Below, piece by piece: positions 46,440 through 60,040 of a DNA stretch of 64,000 nt. The notes under the pieces were generated by a model. The model ran no database searches and had not been told where the DNA came from. It saw only the letters and a program-made list of their open reading frames with translations. How positions within the stretch are numbered: the stretch's first letter is position 1; every line of letters starts with the position of its first letter. A program made the position numbers and the translations under genes. Origin of the DNA: Escherichia coli O157:H7 (GTDB lineage: Bacteria > Pseudomonadota > Gammaproteobacteria > Enterobacterales > Enterobacteriaceae); assembly GCF_013167455.1 (NCBI RefSeq), contig NZ_CP038328.1, one strand, 5' to 3'.

Positions 46440-46676
46440 GTCGGATTGGTCGCTCGCACCGCATCCGACATTGGCAGTGTGCCTGATGCGACGCTATTCG
46501 CGTCTTATCAGGCATATACCAGAGATAGCGAACCGTAGGTCGGAAAAGGCGCTCGCGCCGCATCCGACATTGGCAGTGTGCCTGATGCGACGCTGTTCGC
46601 GTCTTACCAGGCCTACCAGAGATAGCGAACCGTAGGTCGGATAAGGCGCTCGCGCCGCATCCGACAAATGTGTTCA
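46440..46676. repeat. BIME/REP array: two direct ~100-bp repeat units plus a partial third
   Basis: Unit gctcgc(a/g)ccgcatccgacattggcagtgtgcctgatgcgacgct...cgtaggtcgga(a/t)aaggcg occurs at 46452 and 46551, with a partial copy at 46648. Confidence 0.7.
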
Positions 46677-46684
46677 GCGATAGA

Positions 46685-47470
46685 TTAGCTGGCCTGCTTT
46701 TTCATCATACTGATAATAAATAACAGTGCCGCACATAGCACCACCGACGGACCCGCCGGCGTATCGTAAAACGCGGAAAAGGTTAAACCGTCAGTTACTG
46801 CCACCATCCCCACCAAAACAGCGACACCAGCCATCTGTTCCGGCGTACGGGCAAAGCGACGCGCAGTAGCTGCAGGAATAATCAGCAACGAAGTAATAAT
46901 CAACGCACCGACAAATTTCATCGCTACACCAATCGTCAATGCCGTCACCAGCATCAACAACAATTTCACTCGCTGTAATTTCACACCATCAACAAACGCC
47001 AGATCCGGGCTAATCGTCATCGACAGCAAATTGCGCCATTGCCAGAACAAAATAGCCACCACGATGACCACGCCAATTGCAATAGAGATGAGATCTTCTG
47101 GCGTCACTGCCAGTAAATCACCGAACAGGTAAGCCATCAAATCAACACGAATGTTAGACATCAGACTAACGACCACCAGGCCCAGCGACAGGGCACTGTG
47201 CGCCATAATCCCTAATAACGTGTCGATCGCCAGCTGTGGACGCTTCTCCAGCCATACCAGACCGCCCGCCAGCAGCAGCGTAACGGCAATCACCGCATAG
47301 AATGGATTCACGTCCAGCAACAAACCAAACGCGACACCAAGTAATGAGGCATGAGCCAGCGTATCACCGAAATAAGACATACGACGCCAGACTACAAACG
47401 AACCCAGCGGACCCGCGGCACAGGCGAGCATGATCCCGGCTAACCAACCGGGAAATAATAATTCAATCAT
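46685..47470 (-). CDS. znuB: Zinc ABC transporter permease
   Basis: 261-aa membrane ORF. Confidence 0.95.
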
Positions 47471-48222
47471 GAGCGATCATTTCCCCGACGCAAAACAATT
47501 CGTCCCTGTAAATCGTGACGATGATTATGATGATGGCGATAGATACCCAGTTGTTCAGCACCACGAGGACCAAACATTGAAATAAACTCCGGATGCAGGG
47601 AAACAACTTCCGGTGTGCCGGAACAACAAATGTGATGATTCAGGCACAGCACTTCATCGGTTTTTGCCATCACCAGATGAAGATCGTGAGAAACCATTAA
47701 AACGCCACAATCCAGTTCACGACGCAGTTGGTCAATAAGGTCATATAACGCCACCTGGCCATTTACATCCACGCCTTGAGTGGGTTCATCCAGCACTAAT
47801 AATTGCGGGCGATTTAACAATGCTCGCGCTAACAGTACACGCTGCGTTTCGCCACCAGAGAGCTTTTGCATCGGTGCGTTAATCAGGTGCCCGGCCTGGA
47901 CACGTTTCAGTGCAGGCAAAATATCTTCTTTATGTGTACCAGGGCGTAAGCGTAAAAAACGGTTTACGGTCAGTGGCAACGTGGTGTCGAGATACAGCTT
48001 CTGCGGTACATAGCCGATGCGCAGTTTTCCGTTGCGCTTGATAACCCCTTCATCGGGTGTTACCAGCCCGAGCACTACCCGTACCAGTGTCGACTTACCT
48101 GCGCCATTTGGCCCAAGTAAAGTCAAAATTTTTCCAGGTTTAAGTTCCAGCGACACATCAGAGAGGACGCGGCGTTGGCCAAAAGAAACCGAGACATTTT
48201 CCAGGGAAACCAGACTTGTCAT
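47467..48222 (-). CDS. znuC: Zinc ABC transporter ATP-binding protein
   Basis: 251-aa ORF with Walker [10 protein letters not shown]; 4-nt overlap with znuB. Confidence 0.95.
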
Positions 48223-48248
48223 GTTAATTTTAGTCTTGCAGTAGTCAT

Positions 48249-48268
48249 GAAATGTTATAATATCACAC
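48249..48268. promoter_or_regulatory. Zur box in the divergent znuCB / znuA promoter
   Basis: gaaatgttataatatcacac, a Zur-type AT-rich palindrome. Confidence 0.75.
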
Positions 48269-48300
48269 TTCTCATATTCATTACGATGATTGGTCGCATT

Positions 48301-49233
48301 ATGTTACATAAAAAAACGCTTCTTTTCGCAGCATTATTCGCCGCTCTCTGGGGCGGTGCAACACAGGCCGCAGATGCCGCCGTTGTCGCTTCGCTTAAAC
48401 CCGTTGGGTTCATCGCTTCTGCCATTGCTGATGGGGTAACAGAAACGGAGGTTTTACTTCCTGACGGCGCTTCAGAACATGATTATTCACTGCGTCCATC
48501 GGATGTAAAACGCTTACAGAACGCGGACTTAGTCGTTTGGGTTGGCCCGGAGATGGAAGCGTTTATGCAAAAACCGGTAAGCAAATTACCAGAAGCGAAG
48601 CAGGTAACGATTGCGCAGCTTGAAGATGTGAAACCGCTACTGATGAAAAGTATTAACGGCGATGATGATGATCACGACCACGCGGAAAAAAGTGACGAAG
48701 ATCACCATCACGGCGATTTCAACATGCATCTTTGGCTTTCCCCAGAGATAGCGCGGGCTACAGCGGTTGCAATCCATGGAAAATTAGTGGAACTTATGCC
48801 GCAAAGTCGAGCCAAACTTGACGCCAACCTGAAGGATTTTGAGGCACAATTAGCCTCAACCGAAACGCAGGTTGGTAACGAGCTCGCGCCGCTCAAGGGG
48901 AAAGGTTATTTCGTTTTTCACGATGCTTACGGCTATTTCGAAAAACAGTTCGGACTGACACCGCTTGGTCATTTTACCGTTAACCCTGAGATTCAACCTG
49001 GCGCGCAGCGTTTACATGAAATAAGAACACAGTTGGTTGAGCAAAAAGCAACCTGCGTTTTTGCTGAGCCACAGTTCAGGCCAGCGGTCGTTGAGAGCGT
49101 CGCACGAGGGACATCCGTTCGTATGGGAACGTTGGATCCCTTGGGGACGAATATCAAACTGGGTAAAACAAGCTATTCAGAATTCCTGAGTCAATTAGCC
49201 AACCAGTATGCGAGCTGCCTGAAAGGAGATTAA
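48301..49233 (+). CDS. znuA: Zinc ABC transporter periplasmic binding protein
   Basis: 310-aa product from [12 protein letters not shown] with a His/Asp-rich loop ([17 protein letters not shown]); the listed ORF has a 42-codon upstream extension. Confidence 0.95.
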
Positions 49234-49248
49234 TGAGGAAGTGATTAC

Positions 49249-50571
49249 GTGCAACAGATAGCCCGCTCTGTCGCCCTGGCGTTTAATAATTTACCGCGAC
49301 CACACCGCGTTATGTTGGGGTCGCTCACCGTTCTTACTCTGGCCGTCGCTGTCTGGCGGCCCTATGTTTATCACCGCGATGCCACGCCAATTGTCAAAAC
49401 CATTGAGCTGGAACAGAACGAAATTCGTTCGCTCTTACCTGAAGCCAGTGAGCCGATTGATCAAGCTGCACAAGAAGATGAAGCCATTCCCCAGGACGAA
49501 CTGGATGACAAAATCGCCGGTGAAGCGGGCGTGCATGAATATGTTGTTTCCACTGGCGATACGCTAAGCAGCATTCTCAATCAGTATGGTATTGATATGG
49601 GTGATATCACCCAACTGGCTGCGGCCGACAAAGAATTGCGTAACCTGAAAATCGGTCAACAACTCTCCTGGACATTAACCGCGGACGGCGAACTGCAGCG
49701 CCTCACCTGGGAAGTGTCTCGTCGTGAAACCCGAACCTATGACCGTACTGCCGCTAACGGTTTTAAAATGACCAGCGAAATGCAGCAAGGAGAGTGGGTT
49801 AACAATCTGCTGAAAGGTACCGTCGGGGGGAGCTTTGTTGCCAGCGCCAGAAACGCCGGTTTGACCAGCGCCGAAGTGAGCGCAGTGATTAAAGCCATGC
49901 AGTGGCAAATGGATTTCCGCAAACTGAAAAAAGGCGATGAATTTGCGGTATTAATGTCTCGAGAAATGCTTGATGGTAAACGTGAGCAAAGCCAGCTGCT
50001 GGGCGTACGTTTGCGTTCAGAAGGTAAAGATTATTACGCTATCCGCGCTGAAGATGGCAAATTCTACGATCGTAACGGTACTGGTCTGGCGAAAGGATTC
50101 TTGCGATTCCCGACGGCGAAACAGTTCCGTATCTCGTCTAACTTTAACCCGCGTCGTACTAATCCGGTGACCGGTCGCGTTGCACCACACAGAGGTGTTG
50201 ATTTCGCCATGCCGCAGGGTACGCCAGTGCTTTCAGTGGGTGACGGTGAAGTGGTGGTTGCCAAACGCAGTGGCGCAGCAGGTTATTATGTGGCTATTCG
50301 TCATGGTCGCAGCTACACCACGCGTTATATGCACTTGCGCAAGATTCTGGTGAAACCGGGGCAGAAGGTGAAACGTGGCGACCGTATCGCGCTTTCCGGT
50401 AATACCGGACGTTCAACCGGGCCGCATCTGCACTATGAAGTATGGATAAACCAGCAGGCCGTAAACCCGCTGACGGCAAAACTGCCGCGTACCGAAGGGC
50501 TGACCGGCTCCGATCGTCGCGAATTCCTGGCGCAGGCCAAAGAGATTGTGCCGCAGCTACGGTTTGATTAA
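49249..50571 (+). CDS. mepM: Murein DD-endopeptidase MepM (LysM + M23 peptidase)
   Basis: GTG start; 440-aa ORF. Confidence 0.93.
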
Positions 50572-50587
50572 TTAACATCCATTCGCA

Positions 50588-50617
50588 GCCGGTACGCAGT
50601 CAGTACCGGCTTTTTTT
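50588..50617 (+). terminator. Intrinsic terminator after mepM
   Basis: gccggtac-gcagtca-gtaccggc stem-loop followed by ttttttt. Confidence 0.75.
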
Positions 50618-50690
50618 ATTTGGTGCGGGGCAAGTTGCGCCGCTACACTATCACCAGATTGATTTTTGCCTTATCCGAAACTGGAAAAGC

Positions 50691-51662
50691 ATGGAAACGA
50701 AAAAAAATAATAGCGAATACATTCCTGAGTTTGATAAATCCTTTCGCCACCCGCGCTACTGGGGAGCATGGCTGGGCGTAGCAGCGATGGCGGGTATCGC
50801 TTTAACGCCGCCAAAGTTCCGTGATCCCATTCTGGCACGGCTGGGACGTATTGCCGGACGACTGGGAAAAAGCTCACGCCGTCGTGCGTTAATCAATCTG
50901 TCGCTCTGCTTTCCAGAACGTAGTGAAGCTGAACGCGAAGCGATTGTTGATGAGATGTTTGCCACCGCGCCGCAAGCGATGGCAATGATGGCTGAGTTGG
51001 CAATACGCGGGCCGGAGAAAATTCAGCCGCGCGTTGACTGGCAAGGGCTGGAGATCATCGAAGAGATGCGGCGTAATAACGAGAAAGTTATCTTTCTAGT
51101 GCCGCACGGTTGGGCCGTCGATATTCCTGCCATGCTGATGGCCTCGCAAGGGCAGAAAATGGCAGCGATGTTCCATAATCAGGGCAACCCGGTTTTTGAT
51201 TATGTCTGGAACACGGTGCGTCGTCGCTTTGGCGGTCGTCTGCATGCGAGAAATGACGGTATTAAACCATTCATCCAGTCGGTACGTCAGGGGTACTGGG
51301 GATATTATTTACCCGATCAGGATCATGGCCCAGAGCACAGCGAATTTGTGGATTTCTTTGCCACCTATAAAGCGACGTTGCCCGCGATTGGTCGTTTGAT
51401 GAAAGTGTGCCGTGCGCGCGTTGTACCGCTGTTTCCGATTTATGATGGCAAGACGCATCGTCTGACGATTCAGGTGCGCCCACCGATGGATGATCTGTTA
51501 GAGGCGGATGATCATACGATTGCGCGGCGGATGAATGAAGAAGTCGAGATTTTTGTTGGTCCGCGACCAGAACAATACACCTGGATACTAAAATTGCTGA
51601 AAACTCGCAAACCGGGCGAAATCCAGCCGTATAAGCGCAAAGATCTTTATCCCATCAAATAA
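50691..51662 (+). CDS. lpxM: Lipid A myristoyltransferase LpxM (MsbB)
   Basis: 323-aa ORF. Confidence 0.95.
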   Translation: METKKNNSEYIPEFDKSFRHPRYWGAWLGVAAMAGIALTPPKFRDPILARLGRIAGRLGKSSRRRALINLSLCFPERSEAEREAIVDEMFATAPQAMAMMAELAIRGPEKIQPRVDWQGLEIIEEMRRNNEKVIFLVPHGWAVDIPAMLMASQGQKMAAMFHNQGNPVFDYVWNTVRRRFGGRLHARNDGIKPFIQSVRQGYWGYYLPDQDHGPEHSEFVDFFATYKATLPAIGRLMKVCRARVVPLFPIYDGKTHRLTIQVRPPMDDLLEADDHTIARRMNEEVEIFVGPRPEQYTWILKLLKTRKPGEIQPYKRKDLYPIK

Positions 51663-51751
51663 AAAAGCCTCTCGCGAGGAGAGGCCTTCGCCTGATGATA
51701 AGTTCAAGTTTGCTTCAGAATATTCGAAATCTGTTGAACTATCATTGAACT

Positions 51752-51789
51752 GTAGGCCGGATGTGGCGTTTTCGCCGCATCCGGCAACG
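51752..51789. repeat. REP element between lpxM and pykA
   Basis: gtaggccggatgtggcgttttcgccgcatccggcaacg. Confidence 0.6.
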
Positions 51790-51792
51790 TAC

Positions 51793-53235
51793 TTACTCTA
51801 CCGTTAAAATACGCGTGGTATTAGTAGAACCCACGGTACTCATCACGTCGCCCTGGGTGACAATCACCAGGTCACCAGACATCAAGTAACCTTTATCGCG
51901 CAGCAGATTAACCGCTTCGCTGGCAGCTGCTACGCCGTCATTAGCGCTATCAAAGTGCACCGGCGTAACGCCACGATAGAGAGCAGTCAGGTTCAGCGTA
52001 CGTTCATGGCGCGACATGGCGAAAATTGGTAGACCAGAGCTGATACGGGAGGTCATCAGCGCGGTACGACCCGATTCGGTCATGGTAATGATCGCCGTAA
52101 CGCCTTTCAGGTGGTTAGCTGCGTACATTGCTGACATGGCAATAGCTTCTTCCACATTGTCGAACTGAACGTCCAGACGGTGTTTAGAAACGTTGATGCT
52201 CGGGATTTTTTCCGCACCCAGGCAAACGCGCGCCATGGCTGCAACAGTTTCTGACGGATACTGCCCAGCGGCAGTTTCTGCAGACAGCATCACAGCGTCA
52301 GTACCATCCAGAACGGCGTTTGCTACGTCCATGACTTCTGCACGCGTCGGCATCGGGTTAGTAATCATTGACTCCATCATCTGGGTCGCCGTGATTACCG
52401 CTCGGTTTAGCTGACGCGCACGACGGATCAACGCTTTCTGAATGCCGACCAGTTCCGGGTCGCCAATTTCCACACCGAGGTCGCCACGTGCAACCATTAC
52501 CACGTCAGAGGCGAGGATGATGTCATCCATTGCATCCTGGCTGCAAACGGCTTCCGCACGTTCAACCTTGGCAACAATTTTCGCATCACATCCTGCATCG
52601 CGTGCCAGGCGACGGGCATAGTTCAGATCTTCGCCACAGCGTGGGAAGGAGACAGCCAGGTAATCTACGCCAATCAACGCCGCAGTCTTAATGTCTGCTT
52701 TGTCTTTTTCGGTCAGCGCTTCAGCCGACAAACCGCCGCCAAGTTTGTTGATACCTTTATTGTTGGAGAGGGGACCACCGACGGTGACTTCGGTGAACAC
52801 TTTCATGCCCTGAACTTCCAGTACTTTTAACTGGACGCGACCATCGTCCAGCAGCAGGATGTCACCAGGCACGACGTCAGCAGGCAGGCCTTTGTAGTTG
52901 ATACCGACTTTTTCTTTGTCGCCTTCACCTTTACCCAGGTTGGCGTCGAGCAGGAATTTATCCCCAATATTGAGGAAAACTTTGCCTTCTTTAAAGGTGG
53001 ATACACGGATTTTGGGCCCCTGGAGGTCACCCAGAATAGCCACATGACGCCCCAGTTTTGCGGCAATCTCACGAACTTTATCCGCGCGCATTTTGTGATC
53101 TTCAGGCGAGCCGTGAGAAAAGTTCATACGTACAACGTTGGCACCCGCCGCGATAACTTTTTCAAGATTATTATCGCGATCTGTTGCTGGGCCTAACGTG
53201 GTAACGATTTTTGTTCTGCGAAGCCTTCTGGACAT
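51793..53235 (-). CDS. pykA: Pyruvate kinase II
   Basis: 480-aa product from [19 protein letters not shown]; the listed 527-aa ORF is a 47-codon upstream extension. Confidence 0.95.
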   Translation of the reverse strand: MSRRLRRTKIVTTLGPATDRDNNLEKVIAAGANVVRMNFSHGSPEDHKMRADKVREIAAKLGRHVAILGDLQGPKIRVSTFKEGKVFLNIGDKFLLDANLGKGEGDKEKVGINYKGLPADVVPGDILLLDDGRVQLKVLEVQGMKVFTEVTVGGPLSNNKGINKLGGGLSAEALTEKDKADIKTAALIGVDYLAVSFPRCGEDLNYARRLARDAGCDAKIVAKVERAEAVCSQDAMDDIILASDVVMVARGDLGVEIGDPELVGIQKALIRRARQLNRAVITATQMMESMITNPMPTRAEVMDVANAVLDGTDAVMLSAETAAGQYPSETVAAMARVCLGAEKIPSINVSKHRLDVQFDNVEEAIAMSAMYAANHLKGVTAIITMTESGRTALMTSRISSGLPIFAMSRHERTLNLTALYRGVTPVHFDSANDGVAAASEAVNLLRDKGYLMSGDLVIVTQGDVMSTVGSTNTTRILTVE

Positions 53236-53362
53236 GTAATACTCCGTTGACTGAAACAACCAGGTGTTGCTTGAACATGAAATCCGAATGAAATAACGCC
53301 GCGATGGCGATAAAATAATCTCATTCGGATGTCGTATAAGATTAGAACAGTGACAGTCGCTT

Positions 53363-54232
53363 TTAGCGATCGTCACTTAAATTAAGTAACTGCTTATCAA
53401 AACGCGATTCCTTCAGCGCTTCCTTGACCCGCTTCAAGTTATCTCTGAATTTTGCACCGCGTCGCAAAGTAAATCCTGTCGCCAGCACATCTATCACGGT
53501 CAGCTGTGCAAGTCGAGAAACCATGGGCATATAAATGTCAGTATCTTCCGGTACGTCGAGGGTAATTGCCAGCGTTGCTTCCCGGGCGAGCGGGGTACCC
53601 GCAGAGGTGAGGGCAATCACCATAGCGTCGTTTTCGCGTGCCAGCTGCGCCAGCTCGACCAGATTTTTTGTTCTTCCGGTGTGAGAAATCAGCACCACCA
53701 CGTCTCCGTCGCTACAATTCATACAACTCATGCGTTGCAGCACAATATCATCGGAGTACACCACCGGAACATTAAAACGAAAGAACTTATTCATCGCATC
53801 GTGGGCAACGGCGGCTGAAGAGCCTAATCCGAAAAAGGCGATTTTTTTTGCCTGAGTGAGCAAGTCGACGGCGCGGTTGATGGCAGATTTATCCAGTGAA
53901 TGACGGACATGATCGAGCGTTGCCATTGCGGACTCAAATATTTTCCCTGTGTATGATTCAACGCTGTCATCTTCATTGACGTTGCGATTAACATAGGGAG
54001 TGCCATTCGCCAGACTCTGTGCCAGATGAAGTTTAAAATCAGGAAAACCGCGCGTGTCCATGCTGCGACAGAAACGATTCACCGTCGGTTCGCTAACATT
54101 GGCTTCCAGTGCCAGAGCAGCAATACTCGAATGGATCGCGTTATCGGGCGAAGCCAGAATGACCTCGGCAACTTTGCGCTCTGATTTGCTCAAATGTTCC
54201 AGCTGAGACTGGATTTTTTCCAGCATATTCAT
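53363..54232 (-). CDS. hexR: RpiR-family transcriptional regulator HexR
   Basis: 289-aa ORF with N-terminal HTH and SIS domain; divergent from zwf. Confidence 0.93.
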   Translation of the reverse strand: MNMLEKIQSQLEHLSKSERKVAEVILASPDNAIHSSIAALALEANVSEPTVNRFCRSMDTRGFPDFKLHLAQSLANGTPYVNRNVNEDDSVESYTGKIFESAMATLDHVRHSLDKSAINRAVDLLTQAKKIAFFGLGSSAAVAHDAMNKFFRFNVPVVYSDDIVLQRMSCMNCSDGDVVVLISHTGRTKNLVELAQLARENDAMVIALTSAGTPLAREATLAITLDVPEDTDIYMPMVSRLAQLTVIDVLATGFTLRRGAKFRDNLKRVKEALKESRFDKQLLNLSDDR

Positions 54233-54569
54233 GATGTAAAGAGACTCACGGGTAATGACGATTTCCGCACTGAAAGAAATCGAAATGCAGTTTTGTCAGA
54301 TATTACGCCTGTGTGCTGTGTTAATGACAAAAGCAGATAAAAAAGTTGTTATTTTTTTTCATAACATGATCAGTGTCAGATTTTTACCCAATGGAAAACG
54401 ATGATTTTTTTATCAGTTTTGCCGCACTTTGCGCGCTTTTACCGTAATCGCACGGGTGGATAAGCGTTTACAGTTTTCGCAAGCTCGTAAAAGCAGTACA
54501 GTGCACCGTAAGAAAATTACAAGTATACCCTGGCTTAAGTACCGGGTTAGTTAACTTAAGGAGAATGAC

Positions 54570-56045
54570 ATGGCGGTAACGCAAACAGCCCAGGTCTGTG
54601 ACTTGGTCATTTTCGGCGCGAAAGGCGACCTTGCGCGTCGTAAATTGCTGCCTTCCCTGTATCAACTGGAAAAAGCCGGTCAGCTCAACCCGGACACCCG
54701 GATTATCGGCGTAGGGCGTGCTGACTGGGATAAAGCGGCATATACCAAAGTTGTCCGCGAGGCGCTCGAAACTTTCATGAAAGAAACCATTGATGAAGGT
54801 TTATGGGACACCCTGAGCGCACGTCTGGATTTTTGTAATCTCGATGTCAATGACACTGCTGCATTCAGCCGTCTCGGCGCGATGCTGGATCAAAAAAATC
54901 GTATCACCATTAACTACTTTGCCATGCCGCCCAGCACTTTTGGCGCAATTTGCAAAGGGCTTGGCGAGGCAAAACTGAATGCTAAACCGGCACGCGTAGT
55001 CATGGAGAAACCGCTGGGGACGTCGCTGGCGACCTCGCAGGAAATCAATGATCAGGTTGGCGAATACTTCGAGGAGTGCCAGGTTTACCGTATCGACCAC
55101 TATCTTGGTAAAGAAACGGTGCTGAACCTGTTGGCGCTGCGTTTTGCTAACTCCCTGTTTGTGAATAACTGGGACAATCGCACCATTGATCATGTTGAGA
55201 TTACCGTGGCAGAAGAAGTGGGGATCGAAGGGCGCTGGGGCTATTTTGATAAAGCCGGTCAGATGCGCGACATGATCCAGAACCACCTGCTGCAAATTCT
55301 TTGCATGATTGCGATGTCTCCGCCGTCTGACCTGAGCGCAGACAGCATCCGCGATGAAAAAGTGAAAGTACTGAAGTCTCTGCGCCGCATCGACCGCTCC
55401 AACGTACGCGAAAAAACCGTACGCGGGCAATATACTGCGGGCTTCGCCCAGGGCAAAAAAGTGCCGGGATATCTGGAAGAAGAGGGCGCGAACAAGAGCA
55501 GCAATACAGAAACCTTCGTGGCGATCCGCGTCGACATTGATAACTGGCGCTGGGCCGGTGTGCCATTCTACCTGCGTACTGGTAAACGTCTGCCGACCAA
55601 ATGTTCTGAAGTCGTGGTCTATTTCAAAACACCTGAACTGAATCTGTTTAAAGAGTCGTGGCAGGATCTGCCGCAGAATAAACTGACTATCCGTCTGCAA
55701 CCTGATGAAGGCGTGGATATCCAGGTACTGAATAAAGTTCCTGGCCTTGACCACAAACATAACCTGCAAATCACCAAGCTGGATCTGAGCTATTCAGAAA
55801 CCTTTAATCAGACGCATCTGGCGGATGCCTATGAACGTTTGCTGCTGGAAACCATGCGTGGTATTCAGGCACTGTTTGTACGTCGCGATGAAGTGGAAGA
55901 AGCCTGGAAATGGGTAGACTCCATTACTGAGGCGTGGGCGATGGACAATGATGCGCCGAAACCGTATCAGGCCGGAACCTGGGGACCCGTTGCCTCGGTG
56001 GCGATGATTACCCGTGATGGTCGTTCCTGGAATGAGTTTGAGTAA
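54570..56045 (+). CDS. zwf: Glucose-6-phosphate 1-dehydrogenase
   Basis: 491-aa ORF with motif RIDHYLGKE. Confidence 0.96.
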   Translation: MAVTQTAQVCDLVIFGAKGDLARRKLLPSLYQLEKAGQLNPDTRIIGVGRADWDKAAYTKVVREALETFMKETIDEGLWDTLSARLDFCNLDVNDTAAFSRLGAMLDQKNRITINYFAMPPSTFGAICKGLGEAKLNAKPARVVMEKPLGTSLATSQEINDQVGEYFEECQVYRIDHYLGKETVLNLLALRFANSLFVNNWDNRTIDHVEITVAEEVGIEGRWGYFDKAGQMRDMIQNHLLQILCMIAMSPPSDLSADSIRDEKVKVLKSLRRIDRSNVREKTVRGQYTAGFAQGKKVPGYLEEEGANKSSNTETFVAIRVDIDNWRWAGVPFYLRTGKRLPTKCSEVVVYFKTPELNLFKESWQDLPQNKLTIRLQPDEGVDIQVLNKVPGLDHKHNLQITKLDLSYSETFNQTHLADAYERLLLETMRGIQALFVRRDEVEEAWKWVDSITEAWAMDNDAPKPYQAGTWGPVASVAMITRDGRSWNEFE

Positions 56046-56070
56046 TATCTGCGCTTATCCTTTATGGTTA

Positions 56071-56085
56071 TTTTACCGGTAACAT
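56071..56085 (+). promoter_or_regulatory. Candidate GntR operator in the edd promoter
   Basis: ttttaccggtaacat contains the palindrome TTACCGGTAA. Confidence 0.45.
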
Positions 56086-56279
56086 GATCTTGCACAGATT
56101 GTAGAACAATTTTTACACTTTCAGGCCTCGTGCGGATTCACCCACGAGGCTTTTTTTATTACACTGACTGAAACGTTTTTGCCCTATGAGCTCCGGTTAC
56201 AGGCGTTTCACTCATAAATCCTCTGAATGAAACGCGTTGTGAATCATCCTGCTCTGACAACTCAATTTCAGGAGCCTTT

Positions 56280-58091
56280 ATGAATCCACAATTGTTACGC
56301 GTAACAAATCGAATCATTGAACGTTCGCGCGAGACTCGCTCTGCTTATCTCGCCCGGATAGAACAAGCGAAAACGTCGACCGTTCATCGTTCGCAGTTGG
56401 CATGCGGTAACCTGGCACACGGTTTCGCTGCCTGCCAGCCAGAAGACAAAGCCTCTTTGAAAAGCATGTTGCGTAACAATATCGCCATCATCACCTCCTA
56501 TAACGACATGCTCTCCGCTCACCAGCCTTATGAACACTATCCAGAAATCATTCGTAAAGCCCTGCATGAAGCGAATGCGGTTGGTCAGGTTGCGGGCGGT
56601 GTTCCGGCGATGTGTGATGGTGTCACCCAGGGGCAGGATGGAATGGAATTGTCGCTGCTAAGCCGCGAAGTGATAGCGATGTCTGCGGCTGTCGGGCTGT
56701 CCCATAACATGTTTGATGGTGCTCTGTTCCTCGGGGTGTGCGACAAGATTGTCCCGGGTCTGACGATGGCAGCCCTGTCGTTTGGTCATTTGCCTGCGGT
56801 GTTTGTGCCGTCTGGACCGATGGCAAGCGGTTTGCCAAATAAAGAAAAAGTGCGTATTCGCCAGCTTTATGCCGAAGGTAAAGTGGACCGCATGGCCTTA
56901 CTGGAGTCAGAAGCCGCGTCTTACCATGCGCCGGGAACATGTACTTTCTACGGTACTGCCAACACCAACCAGATGGTGGTGGAGTTTATGGGGATGCAGT
57001 TGCCAGGCTCTTCTTTTGTTCATCCGGATTCTCCGCTGCGCGATGCTTTGACCGCTGCCGCTGCGCGTCAGGTTACACGCATGACCGGTAATGGTAATGA
57101 ATGGATGCCGATCGGTAAGATGATCGATGAGAAAGTGGTGGTGAACGGTATCGTTGCACTGCTGGCGACCGGTGGTTCCACTAACCACACCATGCACCTG
57201 GTGGCGATGGCGCGCGCGGCCGGTATTCAGATTAACTGGGATGACTTCTCTGACCTTTCTGATGTTGTACCGCTGATGGCACGTCTCTACCCGAACGGTC
57301 CGGCCGATATTAACCACTTCCAGGCGGCAGGTGGCGTACCGGTTCTGGTGCGTGAACTGCTCAAAGCAGGCCTGCTGCATGAAGATGTCAATACGGTGGC
57401 AGGCTTTGGTCTGTCTCGTTATACCCTTGAACCATGGCTGAATAATGGTGAACTGGACTGGCGGGAAGGGGCGGAAAAATCACTCGACAGCAATGTGATC
57501 GCTTCCTTCGAACAACCTTTCTCTCATCATGGTGGGACAAAAGTGTTAAGCGGTAACCTGGGCCGTGCGGTTATGAAAACCTCTGCCGTGCCGGTTGAGA
57601 ACCAGGTGATTGAAGCGCCAGCGGTTGTTTTTGAAAGCCAGCATGACGTTATGCCGGCCTTTGAAGCGGGTTTGCTGGACCGCGATTGTGTCGTTGTTGT
57701 CCGTCATCAGGGGCCAAAAGCGAACGGAATGCCAGAATTACATAAACTCATGCCGCCACTTGGTGTATTATTGGACCGGTGTTTCAAAATTGCGTTAGTT
57801 ACCGATGGACGACTCTCCGGCGCTTCAGGTAAAGTGCCGTCAGCTATCCACGTAACACCAGAAGCTTACGATGGCGGGCTGCTGGCAAAAGTGCGCGACG
57901 GGGACATCATTCGTGTGAATGGACAGACAGGCGAACTGACGCTGCTGGTAGACGAAGCGGAATTGGCTGCTCGCGAACCACACATTCCTGACCTGAGCGC
58001 GTCACGCGTGGGAACAGGACGTGAATTATTCAGCGCCTTGCGTGAAAAACTGTCCGGTGCCGAACAGGGCGCAACCTGTATCACTTTTTAA
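56280..58091 (+). CDS. edd: Phosphogluconate dehydratase (Entner-Doudoroff)
   Basis: 603-aa ILVD/EDD-family ORF. Confidence 0.96.
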   Translation: MNPQLLRVTNRIIERSRETRSAYLARIEQAKTSTVHRSQLACGNLAHGFAACQPEDKASLKSMLRNNIAIITSYNDMLSAHQPYEHYPEIIRKALHEANAVGQVAGGVPAMCDGVTQGQDGMELSLLSREVIAMSAAVGLSHNMFDGALFLGVCDKIVPGLTMAALSFGHLPAVFVPSGPMASGLPNKEKVRIRQLYAEGKVDRMALLESEAASYHAPGTCTFYGTANTNQMVVEFMGMQLPGSSFVHPDSPLRDALTAAAARQVTRMTGNGNEWMPIGKMIDEKVVVNGIVALLATGGSTNHTMHLVAMARAAGIQINWDDFSDLSDVVPLMARLYPNGPADINHFQAAGGVPVLVRELLKAGLLHEDVNTVAGFGLSRYTLEPWLNNGELDWREGAEKSLDSNVIASFEQPFSHHGGTKVLSGNLGRAVMKTSAVPVENQVIEAPAVVFESQHDVMPAFEAGLLDRDCVVVVRHQGPKANGMPELHKLMPPLGVLLDRCFKIALVTDGRLSGASGKVPSAIHVTPEAYDGGLLAKVRDGDIIRVNGQTGELTLLVDEAELAAREPHIPDLSASRVGTGRELFSALREKLSGAEQGATCITF

Positions 58092-58127
58092 GACGACAAA
58101 TTTGTAATCAGGCGAGAGAAAACTCTG

Positions 58128-58769
58128 ATGAAAAACTGGAAAACAAGTGCAGAATCAATCCTGACCACCGGCCCGGTTGTACCGGTTATCGTGGTAAAAA
58201 AACTGGAACACGCGGTGCCGATGGCAAAAGCGTTGGTTGCTGGTGGGGTGCGCGTTCTGGAAGTGACTCTGCGTACCGAGTGTGCAGTTGACGCTATCCG
58301 TGCTATCGCCAAAGAAGTGCCTGAAGCGATTGTGGGTGCCGGTACGGTGCTGAATCCACAGCAGCTGGCAGAAGTCACTGAAGCGGGTGCACAGTTCGCA
58401 ATTAGCCCGGGTCTGACCGAGCCGCTGCTGAAAGCTGCTACCGAAGGGACTATTCCGCTGATTCCGGGGATCAGCACTGTTTCCGAACTGATGCTGGGTA
58501 TGGACTACGGTTTGAAAGAGTTCAAATTCTTCCCGGCTGAAGCTAACGGCGGCGTGAAAGCCCTGCAGGCGATCGCGGGTCCGTTCTCCCAGGTCCGTTT
58601 CTGCCCGACGGGTGGTATTTCTCCGGCTAACTACCGTGACTACCTGGCGCTGAAAAGCGTGCTGTGCATCGGTGGTTCCTGGCTGGTTCCGGCAGATGCG
58701 CTGGAAGCGGGCGATTACGACCGCATTACTAAGCTGGCGCGTGAAGCTGTAGAAGGCGCTAAGCTGTAA
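58128..58769 (+). CDS. eda: KDPG / KHG aldolase
   Basis: 213-aa ORF. Confidence 0.96.
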
Positions 58770-58777
58770 AAGTCAAA

Positions 58778-58805
58778 ATGCCCGATCGAGGATCGGGCAT
58801 TTTTG
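58778..58805. terminator. Bidirectional intrinsic terminator between eda and purT
   Basis: tgcccgatc-gag-gatcgggca stem-loop flanked by aaaa upstream and ttttt downstream. Confidence 0.75.
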
Positions 58806-58824
58806 TAGCGTTTATTTGCCGGGT

Positions 58825-60003
58825 TTAACCCTGTACTTTTACCTGTCCGGCGGCGTGCTTCGCGCGTTCAATGGCGTCAACAACACTCTCTGCAGTAGCC
58901 AGTGCCACCCCCAGACGACGGCTGCCATCAATTTCCGGCTTACCAAATAAACGAATCTGCAAATCTGCGCCTACGGCATTCTGCACATTATCAAACGTGA
59001 CATTCTGACTGGTCAGTTGTGGCAGAATAACGGCAGAAGCTGCAGGACCATACTGACGGATCCCGCCAACCGGAAGTCCGAGGAAGGCACGTACATGCAG
59101 GGCAAACTCTGAGAGATCTTGAGAAATTAACGTCACCATCCCGGTATCATGTGGACGAGGGGAGACCTCACTGAAAATCACCTCATCACCACAGACAAAC
59201 AGCTCGACACCAAACAGACCATAACCGCCCAGTGCCAGCACCACTTTACGGGCAATCTCCTGCGCACGTTCAAGGGCAAGCGGGCTCATTTGCTGTGGTT
59301 GCCAGGATTCACAGTAGTCGCCATCTTCCTGGCGATGACCTACTGGTGCACAGAAATGGACGCCATCCACCGCGCTGACGGTTAGCAGGGTAATTTCGAA
59401 GTCAAACTTAACGACGCCTTCAACAATTACGCGGCCCGCTCCGGCGCGACCGCCTTGCTGAGCGTATTCCCATGCCTGAGCAAGTTGCTCTGCAGAGCGA
59501 ATAAACGTCTGCCCCTTGCCGGAAGAGCTCATCACCGGTTTTACAATGCAGGGATAGCCAATGGCGGCAACCGCCTCGCGGAAAAGGCTTTCGCTATCGG
59601 CAAAACGATAAGTGGAAGTGGGCAGCTGCAGCTCTTCTGCCGCCAGGCGACGGATACCCTCGCGATTCATCGTTAATTTCGTTGCGCGAGCGCAGGGGAC
59701 AACATTCAGTCCTTCCTCTTCAAGTTGGATCAGCATATCGGTGGCAATAGCTTCGATCTCCGGCACGATATAATGTGGTTTTTCCAGTTCAACCACACGG
59801 CGTAATGCATCACCATCAAGCATATTAATGACATGGGAGCGATGCGCGACATGCATGGCTGGTGCGTCGGCATAGCGATCGACGGCAATCACCTCTACGC
59901 CGAGACGCTGACACTCGATTGCCACTTCTTTACCCAGTTCACCGGAGCCTAATAACATCACGCGAGTTGCTGCCGGACGCAGCGCAGTGCCTAATAACGT
60001 CAT
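58825..60003 (-). CDS. purT: Formate-dependent GAR transformylase PurT
   Basis: 392-aa ATP-grasp ORF. Confidence 0.95.
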   Translation of the reverse strand: MTLLGTALRPAATRVMLLGSGELGKEVAIECQRLGVEVIAVDRYADAPAMHVAHRSHVINMLDGDALRRVVELEKPHYIVPEIEAIATDMLIQLEEEGLNVVPCARATKLTMNREGIRRLAAEELQLPTSTYRFADSESLFREAVAAIGYPCIVKPVMSSSGKGQTFIRSAEQLAQAWEYAQQGGRAGAGRVIVEGVVKFDFEITLLTVSAVDGVHFCAPVGHRQEDGDYCESWQPQQMSPLALERAQEIARKVVLALGGYGLFGVELFVCGDEVIFSEVSPRPHDTGMVTLISQDLSEFALHVRAFLGLPVGGIRQYGPAASAVILPQLTSQNVTFDNVQNAVGADLQIRLFGKPEIDGSRRLGVALATAESVVDAIERAKHAAGQVKVQG

Positions 60004-60040
60004 AACGAATATCCCCTGATTAATTCCGCGCGCAGTATAA

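Noticed and set aside
46440-46676. Possible CRISPR array (direct repeats)
   Set aside because: Units are about 100 bp with internal palindromes typical of REP/BIME, there are no unique spacers of 30 to 40 bp, and no cas genes are nearby.
53236-53376. 47-codon upstream extension of pykA
   Set aside because: Conserved pyruvate kinase N-terminus begins at [11 protein letters not shown]; the extension overlaps the hexR 3' end.
54508-54523. HexR operator in the hexR-zwf divergent region (gtaagaaaattacaag)
   Set aside because: Only a partial resemblance to the remembered HexR palindrome; too weak to call without a position weight matrix.
54801-55769. 322-codon ORF antisense to zwf
   Set aside because: Shadow ORF inside zwf; no independent signals.
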